From an uncultured Bacilli bacterium (GTDB lineage Bacteria; Bacillota_I; Bacilli_A; RF39; UBA660), in assembly GCA_947589165.1 (NCBI GenBank), contig CANQCH010000001.1, positions 1 through 47,435 on the forward strand: 47,435 nucleotides of DNA. The letters are read 5' to 3'. Within the stretch, counting starts at the first letter, position 1, and every line of letters begins with the position of its first letter. The position numbers were made by a program, and so were the translations under genes. The notes under the pieces are model-generated. The model was not told the DNA's origin. It made no database searches and saw nothing but the letters and a program-made list of their open reading frames with translations. Of this stretch, positions 1 to 9,183 are shown in pieces.

Positions 1-23
1 ATCATCTCCTTTATTAAATTATA
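1..23 (-). promoter_or_regulatory. Putative -10 box, RBS and ATG of a minus-strand gene that runs off the left edge
   Basis: The reverse complement of 1..23 reads TATAATTTAATAAAGGAGATGAT. This gives TATAAT at 23..18, AGGAG at 10..6 and ATG at 5..3. It lies just downstream of the hairpin at 35..59. Confidence 0.35.
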
Positions 24-29
24 CCAAAG

Positions 30-59
30 AAAAAGTAAACACATCTTTTTTGTGTCTAC
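30..59 (-). terminator. Intrinsic terminator of the 101..457 gene
   Basis: Minus strand reads GTAGACACA-aaaaaga-TGTGTTTAC. This is a 9-bp stem with one G-U pair, followed by TTTTT. Confidence 0.6.
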
Positions 60-100
60 TTTTATCTTACAACTTCACTTGAGGCTTTTTTCTTTTTTCT

Positions 101-457
101 TTAAATTTTCCCGTCTTTTTGCAGTTTTTTCCATTTTTCTTGAATGTAAGAATTACCACCTAAAGCTAAATAACGATCATATAACTCGTAAGCATTTTGT
201 TTTTGAATTTGACTTTTTAAAGTACCTTGTTCTACGTCATTCGTAAAATTAGCCAAGATAACTTTAATTAATTCAAGTTCAATATTGTTGCGACTTTCGC
301 TCGCCGCATTTTGAAATTCGTTTATTCTTTCATTTAAAGGATTTAAAATCTTTTTAATGAACCGGCGAGATAAGGTAACAATAGTGGTAATTCCGCCAAT
401 CATGGTAATTAAAAAAGTAATAACGGTTAAAATTTGACCTAAGGTAATATTTTCCAT
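101..457 (-). CDS. Small N-terminally membrane-anchored protein with a C-terminal GGNSYI motif; function unknown
   Basis: ORF-track entry 101..472. The ATG at 457 follows GAAAGGAAG. One N-terminal TM segment (LGQILTVITFLITMIGGITTIV) is present. From memory it resembles a small family common near prophage lysis modules in Firmicutes; this is unverified. Confidence 0.5.
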   Translation of the reverse strand: MENITLGQILTVITFLITMIGGITTIVTLSRRFIKKILNPLNERINEFQNAASESRNNIELELIKVILANFTNDVEQGTLKSQIQKQNAYELYDRYLALGGNSYIQEKWKKLQKDGKI

Positions 458-525
458 AAGACTTCCTTTCAAAAGTAGTTTATGAAATTTTAAATATCCT
501 ATCTATAACGAACGCATAAGAAAAC

Positions 526-554
526 TTGCGTAAGCGTTAAAATAATGATAAAAT
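526..554 (+). promoter_or_regulatory. Sigma-A-type promoter for ireB
   Basis: TTGCGT (526..531), a 17-nt spacer, then TAAAAT (549..554) with an extended TG (TGATAAAAT). Confidence 0.55.
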
Positions 555-575
555 TGTTAATGGTTGGAGGTTTTT

Positions 576-818
576 ATGGATCGAACGAGCATTTTTAATG
601 TAAAAGAACTTCGGCAAGAATTAATTTTAATTAATTTAAATGAAATTATTGCGTCTCTTGAGGCTAAAGGTTATAATGCCACTAATCAATTAGTTGGCTA
701 TTTTTTAACCGGTGATGAAAAATATATCACATCATATGATAATGCTCGCAAGAAAATAAAAAAATTTGACCGTAGTGAAGTTTTAATGGCAATTATTAAT
801 GCCTATTTAGGACGATAA
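576..818 (+). CDS. ireB: UPF0297/IreB-family regulatory protein (B. subtilis YrzL-like)
   Basis: GGAGG RBS before the ATG at 576. The protein is about 80 aa with the family-typical GYN..NQLVGY.L.GD..YITS motif. It lies immediately upstream of ruvX, as in Bacillus. Confidence 0.8.
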   Translation: MDRTSIFNVKELRQELILINLNEIIASLEAKGYNATNQLVGYFLTGDEKYITSYDNARKKIKKFDRSEVLMAIINAYLGR

Positions 819-819
819 T

Positions 820-1239
820 ATGCGGACATTAGGTTTAGATTTAGGAACTAAAAGTTTAGGAATTGCCATTAGTGATCCTACTAATACAATTGCCACACCT
901 TTAAAAGTACTAAACTTTAAGGAAGGAAGGTACGAAGAAGTAATTCCGGCGTTAACAAATTTAATTACGGAGAAGAAAATAACGGATATTGCTTTAGGTT
1001 ATCCCAAAAATATGGACAATTCCACCGGCTTTGCGGCCGAAAGAAGTTTAACTTTTAAGAATTTATTAAGTTCTTTACCTGTAAAGGTCCATTTAATTGA
1101 TGAACGACTTACCACGGTGGAAGCGTTAAATATTCTAAAAGCAACGGGTAATAAAAATATTAAGCAAAAAAATGTTGTTGATGCTGTGGCCGCGTCACTG
1201 ATATTAGAAAATTATTTAAAAGGGAAAGAAAATGAATAA
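820..1239 (+). CDS. ruvX: Putative pre-16S rRNA nuclease / Holliday junction resolvase-like YqgF
   Basis: N-terminus is LGLDLGTKSLGIAISD, C-terminal part is DERLTTVEA, length 139 aa. Confidence 0.9.
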   Translation: MRTLGLDLGTKSLGIAISDPTNTIATPLKVLNFKEGRYEEVIPALTNLITEKKITDIALGYPKNMDNSTGFAAERSLTFKNLLSSLPVKVHLIDERLTTVEALNILKATGNKNIKQKNVVDAVAASLILENYLKGKENE

Positions 1240-1510
1240 TAAATTAGAAATAGAAATTGAGGGTCAAAAAGTTCAATATGACATTTTACTTAAAGTAGAT
1301 GTTAAAGATGAAAATGGAACTTATATTTTATATACTAATAATGAAAAAAATGATGTTGGCGATACGATTGTATATGCTGGCATTTTAGAAGAAAAAGGCA
1401 AAGATGTTATAATTAAAGCCGTTAATGATGAGGCAAAGCTGGATATGCTAGTTGATTTATTAGATCAAATTGAGACGCGAACGGCTGCTAAAGAGGTTGA
1501 AGTTAAATGA
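1232..1510 (+). CDS. DUF1292 family protein (YrzB-like)
   Basis: Small acidic protein in the conserved position between ruvX and mltG. It overlaps both neighbours. Confidence 0.7.
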   Translation: MNNKLEIEIEGQKVQYDILLKVDVKDENGTYILYTNNEKNDVGDTIVYAGILEEKGKDVIIKAVNDEAKLDMLVDLLDQIETRTAAKEVEVK

Positions 1511-2538
1511 AAAAGTTTTTAATTATCTTTTTTTCGGTTATGATTGCGGCTATTACGGGCGCTATTGTCTGGTTTATGCTTAGTTTAGGTCGAGTATCAA
1601 GTGATACCACGGAAGTAACTTTCAATGTTGCCGCCGGAACATCAACTAAAGAAATTATTAATAATTTATATGATGCCGGGTTAATTAAAAGTAAATTGGC
1701 TAGTTACATTTATGTGCGGGCAACTAAATTAGTTATTCAATCTAGTACCTATATATTAACCCCAAGTATGACAGCCAAAGAAATATTCCACGAATTTGCT
1801 CAAGGTAATGCTAAAGAAAATACAATACGGCTTACATTTGTCGAAGGGAAACGTTTAACCGAGTATTTAGATCAAATTGCGGCTGCTTACGGTTGGACCA
1901 AAGATGAAATTCTTACCGAAATTAGTGATAAGGCCTATCTAGAATCCTTAATTAAGGATTATTGGTTCTTAGACGACGCTATTTTAAATGAAAAATTATA
2001 TTATGCTTTAGAAGGTTATTTATATCCGGATACTTATGAGTTTTTTAAAACCGCGACGATTAAAGATATAATTGCGAAAATGTTAAATCAAACCGCCGTC
2101 AAGTTAGAGCCATATAAGGACCAAATAACTTCTTTAAATTATTCGGTGCATGAACTATTAACGATGGCCTCAATTGTCGAAAAAGAAGCGATTAGTACGG
2201 AGGATCGGGGCAAAGTAGCCCAAGTAATTTATAAAAGATTAGCTTTAAAGATGAATTTAGGAATGGATGTTACCTCATATTATGGGGTTCAAAAAGATCT
2301 TAAACAAGCTTTAACAACTGCTGATTTAAATAATAATAATCCTTATAATACCCGACTTACTAGTTTAATTGGCTTACCAGTTGGACCAATTTGTAGTCCA
2401 AGTATTACAAGTATTGCAGCCGTCTTAAACCCCGCTGATACGGATTATATTTATTTTTTCGCCGATGTTAAAACTGGTAAAGTCTATTTTACGGATAGTT
2501 ATAATGAATTTTTAGTATTTAAAGAAAAATACAGTTAG
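1507..2538 (+). CDS. mltG: Endolytic murein transglycosylase MltG (YceG family)
   Basis: N-terminal TM segment, LASIVEKEA-type catalytic motif (MASIVEKEA), NPYNTR motif, 343 aa. Confidence 0.9.
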   Translation: MKKFLIIFFSVMIAAITGAIVWFMLSLGRVSSDTTEVTFNVAAGTSTKEIINNLYDAGLIKSKLASYIYVRATKLVIQSSTYILTPSMTAKEIFHEFAQGNAKENTIRLTFVEGKRLTEYLDQIAAAYGWTKDEILTEISDKAYLESLIKDYWFLDDAILNEKLYYALEGYLYPDTYEFFKTATIKDIIAKMLNQTAVKLEPYKDQITSLNYSVHELLTMASIVEKEAISTEDRGKVAQVIYKRLALKMNLGMDVTSYYGVQKDLKQALTTADLNNNNPYNTRLTSLIGLPVGPICSPSITSIAAVLNPADTDYIYFFADVKTGKVYFTDSYNEFLVFKEKYS

Positions 2539-2546
2539 GAGTAATA

Positions 2547-3143
2547 ATGAAACAATATATATTAGAAATGGAACAATATGCAAATGAAAATAATGTTCCG
2601 ATAATTGAAAAGAAATCGATAGCATTTATTATGAAGTATATTAAAGAACATAATATTAAAAATGTTTTAGAAATTGGGAGTGCTATTGGTTATTCAGCCA
2701 TTTTAATGGCTTCAAGTACCCAAGAAGTGCAAGTAACGACAATTGAACGGGACGAAACTCGTTATATGGAATGCTTAAAAAACGTCAAAAAATGTGGTAT
2801 GGAAAAGAAGATCAATGTTGTTTTCCAAGATGCCTTAGAATTAAATTTAAGTGAAGATTTAAAATATGATTTAATTTTTATTGATGCGGCGAAAGCACAA
2901 GATACTAAATTATTTGAAAAATATAAATATTTTTTAAGTAAAGATGGAACCATTATTACCGATAATATTAAATTTCATGGTTATGTTGGGGAATCAAGTA
3001 AAATAGAAAGTAAAAATTTACGGAGTATGGTACAAAAAATTGAAGAATATATTGAATTTTTAAAAAATAATCCGGAATTTGATACGAAATTTTATGATGT
3101 AGGTGATGGCTTATCAGTAAGTACATGGAAGGACAAAAATTAG
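2547..3143 (+). CDS. trmR: SAM-dependent O-methyltransferase, YrrM/TrmR-like (tRNA mo5U34 formation in B. subtilis)
   Basis: Class I methyltransferase motif LEIGSAIGYSAILMA. FIDAAK motif typical of family-3 O-methyltransferases. Conserved position upstream of two U32 genes. Confidence 0.75.
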   Translation: MKQYILEMEQYANENNVPIIEKKSIAFIMKYIKEHNIKNVLEIGSAIGYSAILMASSTQEVQVTTIERDETRYMECLKNVKKCGMEKKINVVFQDALELNLSEDLKYDLIFIDAAKAQDTKLFEKYKYFLSKDGTIITDNIKFHGYVGESSKIESKNLRSMVQKIEEYIEFLKNNPEFDTKFYDVGDGLSVSTWKDKN

Positions 3144-3901
3144 TCTGTATCACTAATAAGGAAATTATAAATGATTTAAGAGACCGAAAAGATATTATTA
3201 AACTTTACCCTCTTAAATCTTTTTGCGTGGGTTACGAACTGGAATTTACCATTGATGAAATTGATGATTTTGTTTTAGTAAATCGAATTTTAACCAATCA
3301 AGATTTAAAAAATTTACAAATGATCTTAACTCGTGCTAAGATTAAAGGTATTGTTTTTGATGACTTAGGAGTTTTAGAAGTAGTTAAAGATCTCAAGATT
3401 ACGAAAATATTAATGTTAAATCATTTAGGTAATAATGTTATTTCTCTTAATTATTATTTAGAATATGTTGATAGCGTCATTATATCGACGGATATTACCG
3501 AAGAAGAAATTGCCTATATATTAAATAATTGCCATAAAAAGTTAGTTTTACCAGTTTTTACTTTGGTATCTTTAATGTATTCTCGACGCCAATTACTAAC
3601 TAATTATGCCAATCATTATCATTTGGCGAAAAATAATAAAATGAGAGTAAATATTAAGGAAAAATATTTTCAAATTTATGAAAATGATTATGGTACCGTT
3701 TTTTATCCCCAAAAATACTATTGTTTCGAAAATTATCAAAGTTATCCGCATGTTTTATATTATTTTTACAATCCCATCTTTTTAAAGAGAGAAGAAATAC
3801 TAAAAGTCTTAGCGGATGATTGGCAAGATTTACCGACAACATCCTTTTTATTAAAACAAAAAACCATTTATAAAATTAAGGATGGTGATTTAAATGATTG
3901 A
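3125..3901 (+). CDS. U32-family protein, YrrN/TrhP1-like
   Basis: Occupies the yrrN position between the methyltransferase and the larger U32 protein. Sequence similarity is weak. The start is uncertain and overlaps the upstream gene by 19 nt. Confidence 0.55.
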   Translation: MEGQKLVCITNKEIINDLRDRKDIIKLYPLKSFCVGYELEFTIDEIDDFVLVNRILTNQDLKNLQMILTRAKIKGIVFDDLGVLEVVKDLKITKILMLNHLGNNVISLNYYLEYVDSVIISTDITEEEIAYILNNCHKKLVLPVFTLVSLMYSRRQLLTNYANHYHLAKNNKMRVNIKEKYFQIYENDYGTVFYPQKYYCFENYQSYPHVLYYFYNPIFLKREEILKVLADDWQDLPTTSFLLKQKTIYKIKDGDLND

Positions 3902-5075
3902 ATTATTAGCGCCGGTAGGGCGAAAAGAAAATGTGTATTTTGCCCTTCATTATGGGGCTGATGCCATTTATTTAGGCGGTCAAGATTTTAGTTTACGGGC
4001 TAATGCCCAAAATTTTAGTTTGCCCGAAATAAAAGAAACGGTTATTTTAGCTCATGAGTTAGGAAAAAAAGTTTATGTGGCCGTTAATATTGTCTTTCAT
4101 GATGAAGATTTTCTTCATTTAAAAGAATATTTAAGATCTTTAGATGAAATTGGTGTCGATGCTATTATTGCGAGCGATATTGCCGTCGTTAAATTAGCCC
4201 AAGAATTAGCCTGCAAATTTGCGGTTCATTTATCGACCCAAGCTAGTACTTTAAATAGTAATGCGGTTAAATTTTGGCAAAAATTAGGGGTTAAAAGAGT
4301 AGTTTTAGCTCGCGAAGCCCAACGGGAAGATATAATCGCGATCAAAAAAGATACGGGCATTGAAGTCGAATGCTTTATTCATGGGGCTATGTGTACTTCT
4401 TTTAGTGGCAAATGTATTTTATCTAATTACATGACTAATCGCGATAGTAATCGCGGTGGTTGTGCCCAAATATGTCGGTGGAATTTTACAAATCCTGATG
4501 GCCCAGATTTAACGATTACGCCAAAAGATTTAAATATGGTGCCATTTATCGCGGATATGATTGATATTGGCGTTAATTCCTTTAAAATTGAAGGCCGCAT
4601 GCGTTCTATTTATTATGTCGCTACCGTTATTTTAGTTTATCGGCGGTTAATTGATCAAATTTTAAATCATACTTTAACTACTGATGCCTGTACTTATTAT
4701 TTAAATGTTTTAAATCGTTGTGCTAATCGAGATTCAGCACCGCAATTTTATGATAAATTACCGACGGAAAAAGAACAATATTTCATAACGCGCGAAGAAG
4801 TAACTAATAAAGATTTTTTAGGCTTGGTTTTAGATTATGATGAAAAGACAAAATTAGTATATTTGGAACAACGTAATTACTTTAAAGTGGGTGATGAAGT
4901 CCAATTTTTTGGTCCTAATACTGAAACCTTTAGTGTAAAAATTACCGAAATCTATGACGAAGATAAAAATAAAATTACCGTGGCGCGACATCCTCAAATG
5001 AAATGCTATCTAAAATTAGATCAAAGGGTACAAAAATATGATATGATGCGGCTCAAAATTTTTAGTTTAAAATAG
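3894..5075 (+). CDS. Peptidase U32 family protein, YrrO/TrhP2-like (tRNA ho5U synthesis)
   Basis: U32 signature E.ECFIHGAMCTSFSGKC..S.......RDSNRGGCAQICRW. Confidence 0.85.
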   Translation: MIELLAPVGRKENVYFALHYGADAIYLGGQDFSLRANAQNFSLPEIKETVILAHELGKKVYVAVNIVFHDEDFLHLKEYLRSLDEIGVDAIIASDIAVVKLAQELACKFAVHLSTQASTLNSNAVKFWQKLGVKRVVLAREAQREDIIAIKKDTGIEVECFIHGAMCTSFSGKCILSNYMTNRDSNRGGCAQICRWNFTNPDGPDLTITPKDLNMVPFIADMIDIGVNSFKIEGRMRSIYYVATVILVYRRLIDQILNHTLTTDACTYYLNVLNRCANRDSAPQFYDKLPTEKEQYFITREEVTNKDFLGLVLDYDEKTKLVYLEQRNYFKVGDEVQFFGPNTETFSVKITEIYDEDKNKITVARHPQMKCYLKLDQRVQKYDMMRLKIFSLK

Positions 5076-5123
5076 GATATCTTCGGGTAATTTTACATAT
5101 AATATTAAACGAAAATAAAAGAT

Positions 5124-5152
5124 TTGACAAACCAGTAAATTTATTGTAATAT
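5124..5152 (+). promoter_or_regulatory. Sigma-A-type promoter for greA
   Basis: TTGACA (5124..5129), a 17-nt spacer, then TAATAT (5147..5152). Confidence 0.6.
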
Positions 5153-5194
5153 TGTTACTATTGATAAAACATGAAGGAGTTTGATCAGAAAAAA

Positions 5195-5662
5195 ATGAAA
5201 AAAGAAAATAGTTTTGTTTTAACTGCCGAAGGTTATTTACAAGCCGAAACAGAATTAAATGAATTAAAGACAGTCAGAAGACCAGAAGTCATTAAAGCTT
5301 TAAAAGAAGCTCGGGCTTTAGGTGATTTATCGGAAAATGCCGATTATGATGCCGCCCGAAATGAACAAGCCATCATTGAAGCAAAAATTAAAGAATTAGA
5401 ATATAAGCTAGAACATTGTGAAATCATTGATAATAATGATAAATCCATTGTTAATGTTGGTTCGACTGTAACTATTAGTTACGATGATGGGGAAGAAGAA
5501 GAATACAAAATCGTTGGTTCAATGGAAGCCGATCCTTTTGAAAACAAAATCTCTAATGAATCACCTTTAGGTATTGCTTTATTACAACATAAAAAAGGCG
5601 ATACGGTTAATGTCGAAAGTCCTAATGGTGGTTATAACATTAAAATAGTGAAAATTGCTTAA
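5195..5662 (+). CDS. greA: Transcription elongation factor GreA
   Basis: Contains LGDLSENADYDAAR and coiled-coil plus FKBP-like domains. MKKENSFVLT aligns with the Bacillus GreA N-terminus. The alternative ATG at 5171 (ORF track) cannot be excluded, because the AAGGAG at 5174 lies far from 5195. Confidence 0.9.
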   Translation: MKKENSFVLTAEGYLQAETELNELKTVRRPEVIKALKEARALGDLSENADYDAARNEQAIIEAKIKELEYKLEHCEIIDNNDKSIVNVGSTVTISYDDGEEEEYKIVGSMEADPFENKISNESPLGIALLQHKKGDTVNVESPNGGYNIKIVKIA

Positions 5663-5665
5663 AAA

Positions 5666-5694
5666 AAATAAATGAGTTCTTTACTCATTTATTT
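5666..5694. terminator. Bidirectional hairpin between convergent greA and rnhC
   Basis: AAATAAATGAGT-tcttt-ACTCATTTATTT flanked by A-runs and T-runs. The right arm overlaps the last rnhC codons. Confidence 0.65.
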
Positions 5695-6601
5695 TTTGCA
5701 TATTTTTAAAATTTATTTTGGCAATCGTTTTTAAATAATCAAGTCCTTTAGTTTCCTTAATCTTTTGGGCAAATTCATCCACTTGATTGCCGGCTCCTTT
5801 GGGAATTGGGGAACCTAATTCTTGGGCCATTTTAGCCATTTCTGTTAAAAAAACATAGCGACTAATAATGGAAGCACAAGCCACCGCTAAACATTGATCT
5901 TCCGCTTTGGGAGTAAAGAAAATATTGGTAACTTTTTGAGGAACATCCGCTAAATAAGCAAAATAGTTTTGGGCTTTGCAAAATTGGTCAACCACAATCT
6001 TTTCCGGTTTATAGCCTTTATTAAGTAAAGACAATAAAACTTTATTATGCAAAATGGCTTTAATTTTATTCATATTAGTCGTTGTACTATAATTTTCATT
6101 ATAAGTAGCATTATCTAATTTAAAAGTAGTATAAGGAATTTTTTGCATAATTTGGGGCGCAATTTCTTTAATTTTTTCATCCGTTATTTTTTTGGAATCA
6201 CCAACTTTTAAATTTCGTAAAAATTCTTGATTTTCTTTAGTAACAAAAGCCGCACTAACGATGATCGGGCCAAAAAAATCACCCGTTCCAACTTCATCAG
6301 AACCCATTGTAACATAATTATTCAAGTGATAATTTTTGTCCGGTTTTTTTTCTTTTTCTTTACCGGATATATCGATCGTCCGATTGTTTAGTTTTTTTTC
6401 TAAATCTAACCAAATATTTGCATCAATATCGGCAGAAATACCTTGAAACATTATTTTACCACTTTCATATAAAGTAATAATTGTATCAGCATCTTGAGCT
6501 TGAAAAATAGCGTAGGGGGGAGTTTTTTCTCTTTTTAAAGGCTCATAATACTTAATAACTTTGGCTTTCAGATTATCACTTATTTTAAAAACTATTGTCA
6601 T
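5681..6601 (-). CDS. rnhC: Ribonuclease HIII
   Basis: GSDEVGTGDFFGP catalytic motif and an N-terminal TBP-like domain. The start is set at ATG 6601 after GAGGTG. The ORF track extends to 6649. Confidence 0.88.
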   Translation of the reverse strand: MTIVFKISDNLKAKVIKYYEPLKREKTPPYAIFQAQDADTIITLYESGKIMFQGISADIDANIWLDLEKKLNNRTIDISGKEKEKKPDKNYHLNNYVTMGSDEVGTGDFFGPIIVSAAFVTKENQEFLRNLKVGDSKKITDEKIKEIAPQIMQKIPYTTFKLDNATYNENYSTTTNMNKIKAILHNKVLLSLLNKGYKPEKIVVDQFCKAQNYFAYLADVPQKVTNIFFTPKAEDQCLAVACASIISRYVFLTEMAKMAQELGSPIPKGAGNQVDEFAQKIKETKGLDYLKTIAKINFKNMQKINE

Positions 6602-6699
6602 TTTGACACCTCTTAAAATAATTTTAGCATAATTAACTTTATTTTTCATTAGATTTATAATATAATAAAAATATAGAATAGAAGAAAGAAGGGTACGAA

Positions 6700-7395
6700 G
6701 TGAATTTTATTGATATTATTGTAATTGTATTTTTACTATTAGGAGCTTTAGCAGGATTTCATAAAGGGGTAATTAAAAGCTTAGTTCAACTTATTGGCAC
6801 CATGTGTGTAGCAATTATTGCTTATGAATTAAAAGGTTTAGTCGCGGACTTTTTAATGGAACATCTACCATTTTTTGATTTTGGAGGCATTTTCTTAGGT
6901 GTTCCCGCGATGAGTATTTTGATGTATGAATTAGCCTCATTTGTGGTTATTTATGTAATTCTTTACTGCATTCTTAATATTTTAATCTCTTTGTCCGGGA
7001 TTATTGAAAAATTATTAAAAATGACCGTTGTTTTAGCTATTCCTTCCAAGATATTAGGTTTGATTGTTGGGGCCATTGAAGGTTTAGCTTTCGCTTTTTT
7101 AGTTTTATTCATTATGTTTCATATTCCCGCAACAACTAATTATGTCAAAGATAGTACTTCAGGGATTATTTTGCTAGAAAGAATGCCTTTTATGAGTACC
7201 GTGATGAATAAGACAACTTTAGCTTTAAACGATATAAACGATTTAGCTAATAAATTTAAAGATAACAATAATCGTAAAGAATTAAATATTCAAGTACTTT
7301 CTACTTTAATTCATTACAAAATTATCTCAAAAGAAGAAGTAGAAAAATTAGGGGAAAATAATAAATTGGATATTGAAAATGTAACATTTTCTTAA
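6700..7395 (+). CDS. cvpA: CvpA-family membrane protein
   Basis: N-terminus is NFIDIIVIVFLLLGALAGFHKG, with 4 to 5 TM segments. GTG start after AAGAAGGG. It follows rnhC, as in Bacillus. Confidence 0.75.
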   Translation: MNFIDIIVIVFLLLGALAGFHKGVIKSLVQLIGTMCVAIIAYELKGLVADFLMEHLPFFDFGGIFLGVPAMSILMYELASFVVIYVILYCILNILISLSGIIEKLLKMTVVLAIPSKILGLIVGAIEGLAFAFLVLFIMFHIPATTNYVKDSTSGIILLERMPFMSTVMNKTTLALNDINDLANKFKDNNNRKELNIQVLSTLIHYKIISKEEVEKLGENNKLDIENVTFS

Positions 7396-7408
7396 AAAGG
7401 AGGTTTAA

Positions 7409-7717
7409 ATGGTTAAATACTTAGCCCAAGGAGAAAATTTAACAGATATCCTTGGAAATGAATTATATTTAGTTGATTTTTATGCTGATTGGTGTGGCCC
7501 TTGTAAAATGTTGGGCCCAATTTTAGAAGAAATTGATTTAATTCCCATTTTAAAGATAAATGTTGATGAACATCCTGATATTGCCCAAAAATTTGGGATT
7601 ATGAGTATTCCCACTTTAATGATCTTTAAGGATGGTAAGGAACAAAAAAAATTAATTGGTCTTCATTCAAAGACGGAAATAATTGCTTTAATTAATGAGT
7701 TTAAGTCATCAAATTGA
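7409..7717 (+). CDS. trxA: Thioredoxin
   Basis: WCGPC active site, 102 aa, GGAGG RBS. Confidence 0.93.
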   Translation: MVKYLAQGENLTDILGNELYLVDFYADWCGPCKMLGPILEEIDLIPILKINVDEHPDIAQKFGIMSIPTLMIFKDGKEQKKLIGLHSKTEIIALINEFKSSN

Positions 7718-7730
7718 TGACTTTTTTCTT
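7703..7730 (+). terminator. Intrinsic terminator of trxA
   Basis: AAGTCATCA-aat-TGATGACTT followed by TTTTT. The stem includes the trxA stop codon. Confidence 0.7.
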
Positions 7731-7789
7731 TTATTATCGTTACTAATAAGTTATAATATTAAAAGAAAAAACAACAAAGGAGTTATATT

Positions 7790-8740
7790 ATGTATACCTT
7801 AAATATTTTAACATATCTTTTATTTCATCTTTTATGTATTTACGGCACGACCGTTATTTTAAGTAGTGGAATGTTTTTAGGCTTATATTTAAAATTGTTT
7901 AAAGAATTAGCTTACGAAGGCAAAAAATTTGATTTAGAAGGCTTAAAAATGAAAATTAAGGTTATTGGTGCCGATGGTAATATTCGGCCTTTAAAAAAAG
8001 TTATTTTTCTTTTTGGCTATAATATGTTAACGATGCTGATCAATTCTTTAAATTATGATATTTTTAAACGGAATATGTTATATTCTTTAAAAGATTACAT
8101 TGTTCCTTTAAGTGAAGATGAAGCCAATATTTTTAGTAAACATCCTCGCGGATTAACCGCTTATCTAATAACGAAACTATATGCTTTAGGTATTTCGACT
8201 TTTAATATGAATTTTGTGAAAAAAGGTCAAGCTAGTAAATTAAAATGTTTAATAGTTAAAGATGATCTTTACGTTATAAAAGTAACCGGTTATTTAAAAG
8301 GTAAAAAGCAAAAAGAATTAAAACAATTAGTGTATGACTATTTATTGCAAATAATTTTAATATATCAAAATGAATTTGACACGGAAGAAGAAATGCTCGC
8401 TTATTTAAGTCAATTTGATGAATTTACATTAGACGTAACGGATGAAATTGATTTAACCAAGGGTAATGTTTTTACGTATCCTATGGAAGATGGGGAAATA
8501 ATTTGGCGTTATACCGAAGATTATCAAGACTTTACAATTGTTACGGCTTTTGGTGAAGCCTTAAATATGAGTGCCGAAGAACAACGCGCGATTATCCAAA
8601 AATATTTGGCCGAAAATAAAGTCGATACCGAGGTTGAGTGTTTTGATGCCAATTTCAAGCCTTGTGAAAAATTAGAATTTCCGGAAGAAATAAATCATTT
8701 AGATGATGAGGGGCCAAAATTAACTAGAACTAAAAAATAA
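7790..8740 (+). CDS. Hypothetical protein with N-terminal hydrophobic segments
   Basis: 316-aa ORF with an AAGGAG RBS 7 nt before the ATG. I recognise no family. Confidence 0.6.
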   Translation: MYTLNILTYLLFHLLCIYGTTVILSSGMFLGLYLKLFKELAYEGKKFDLEGLKMKIKVIGADGNIRPLKKVIFLFGYNMLTMLINSLNYDIFKRNMLYSLKDYIVPLSEDEANIFSKHPRGLTAYLITKLYALGISTFNMNFVKKGQASKLKCLIVKDDLYVIKVTGYLKGKKQKELKQLVYDYLLQIILIYQNEFDTEEEMLAYLSQFDEFTLDVTDEIDLTKGNVFTYPMEDGEIIWRYTEDYQDFTIVTAFGEALNMSAEEQRAIIQKYLAENKVDTEVECFDANFKPCEKLEFPEEINHLDDEGPKLTRTKK

Positions 8741-8757
8741 AAGATGATATTAATCTT

Positions 8758-9108
8758 TTATTTTTTTATAACGGTCAATGCGGCATTTTTATAAGTTCGG
8801 GTTAAAAGACCAATTCCTAGTTTGGTGCCACCAAAATAACGAACGACAACCACTAAAATATTATTTAAATTATTTAATTCCAATAAATTATAGATTTGAC
8901 TACCAGCGCTGCCACTAGGTTCTTTATCATCCGTTTTCCCACCTGTATTAGCAAATTTATAGGCATAGACTAAATGATTAGCTTTTTTATGTTCTTTTTT
9001 TAAAGCCGCAATAATTTCTTTTATTTCTTTTTCGGTATCTAAAGCATAAGCATAACTAATAAATTTGGATTTTTTAATTTCCAGGGTATTTTCTTTTAAA
9101 AGTTCCAT
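8758..9108 (-). CDS. YigZ/IMPACT-family N-terminal domain protein (UPF0029), short form
   Basis: Motifs I.KSKFI.YA, H..YAY and the UPF0029-typical VVVVRYFGGTKLG.GLL..Y. AAGGAG RBS before the ATG at 9108. At 116 aa it lacks the C-terminal DUF1949 part of full-length YigZ. Confidence 0.7.
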   Translation of the reverse strand: MELLKENTLEIKKSKFISYAYALDTEKEIKEIIAALKKEHKKANHLVYAYKFANTGGKTDDKEPSGSAGSQIYNLLELNNLNNILVVVVRYFGGTKLGIGLLTRTYKNAALTVIKK

Positions 9109-9183
9109 AAAATCTCCTTGCAAATATTATAGCTTATTTTTCCTTATATTTGTAGTATAATAAAGACAAAAAGAGGTGAGATA

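Noticed and set aside
1-563. Prophage boundary at the left edge, suggested by the small GGNSYI-motif membrane protein.
   Set aside because: A single gene recognised only from memory is not enough. No integrase, att repeat, holin or endolysin is visible in the window.
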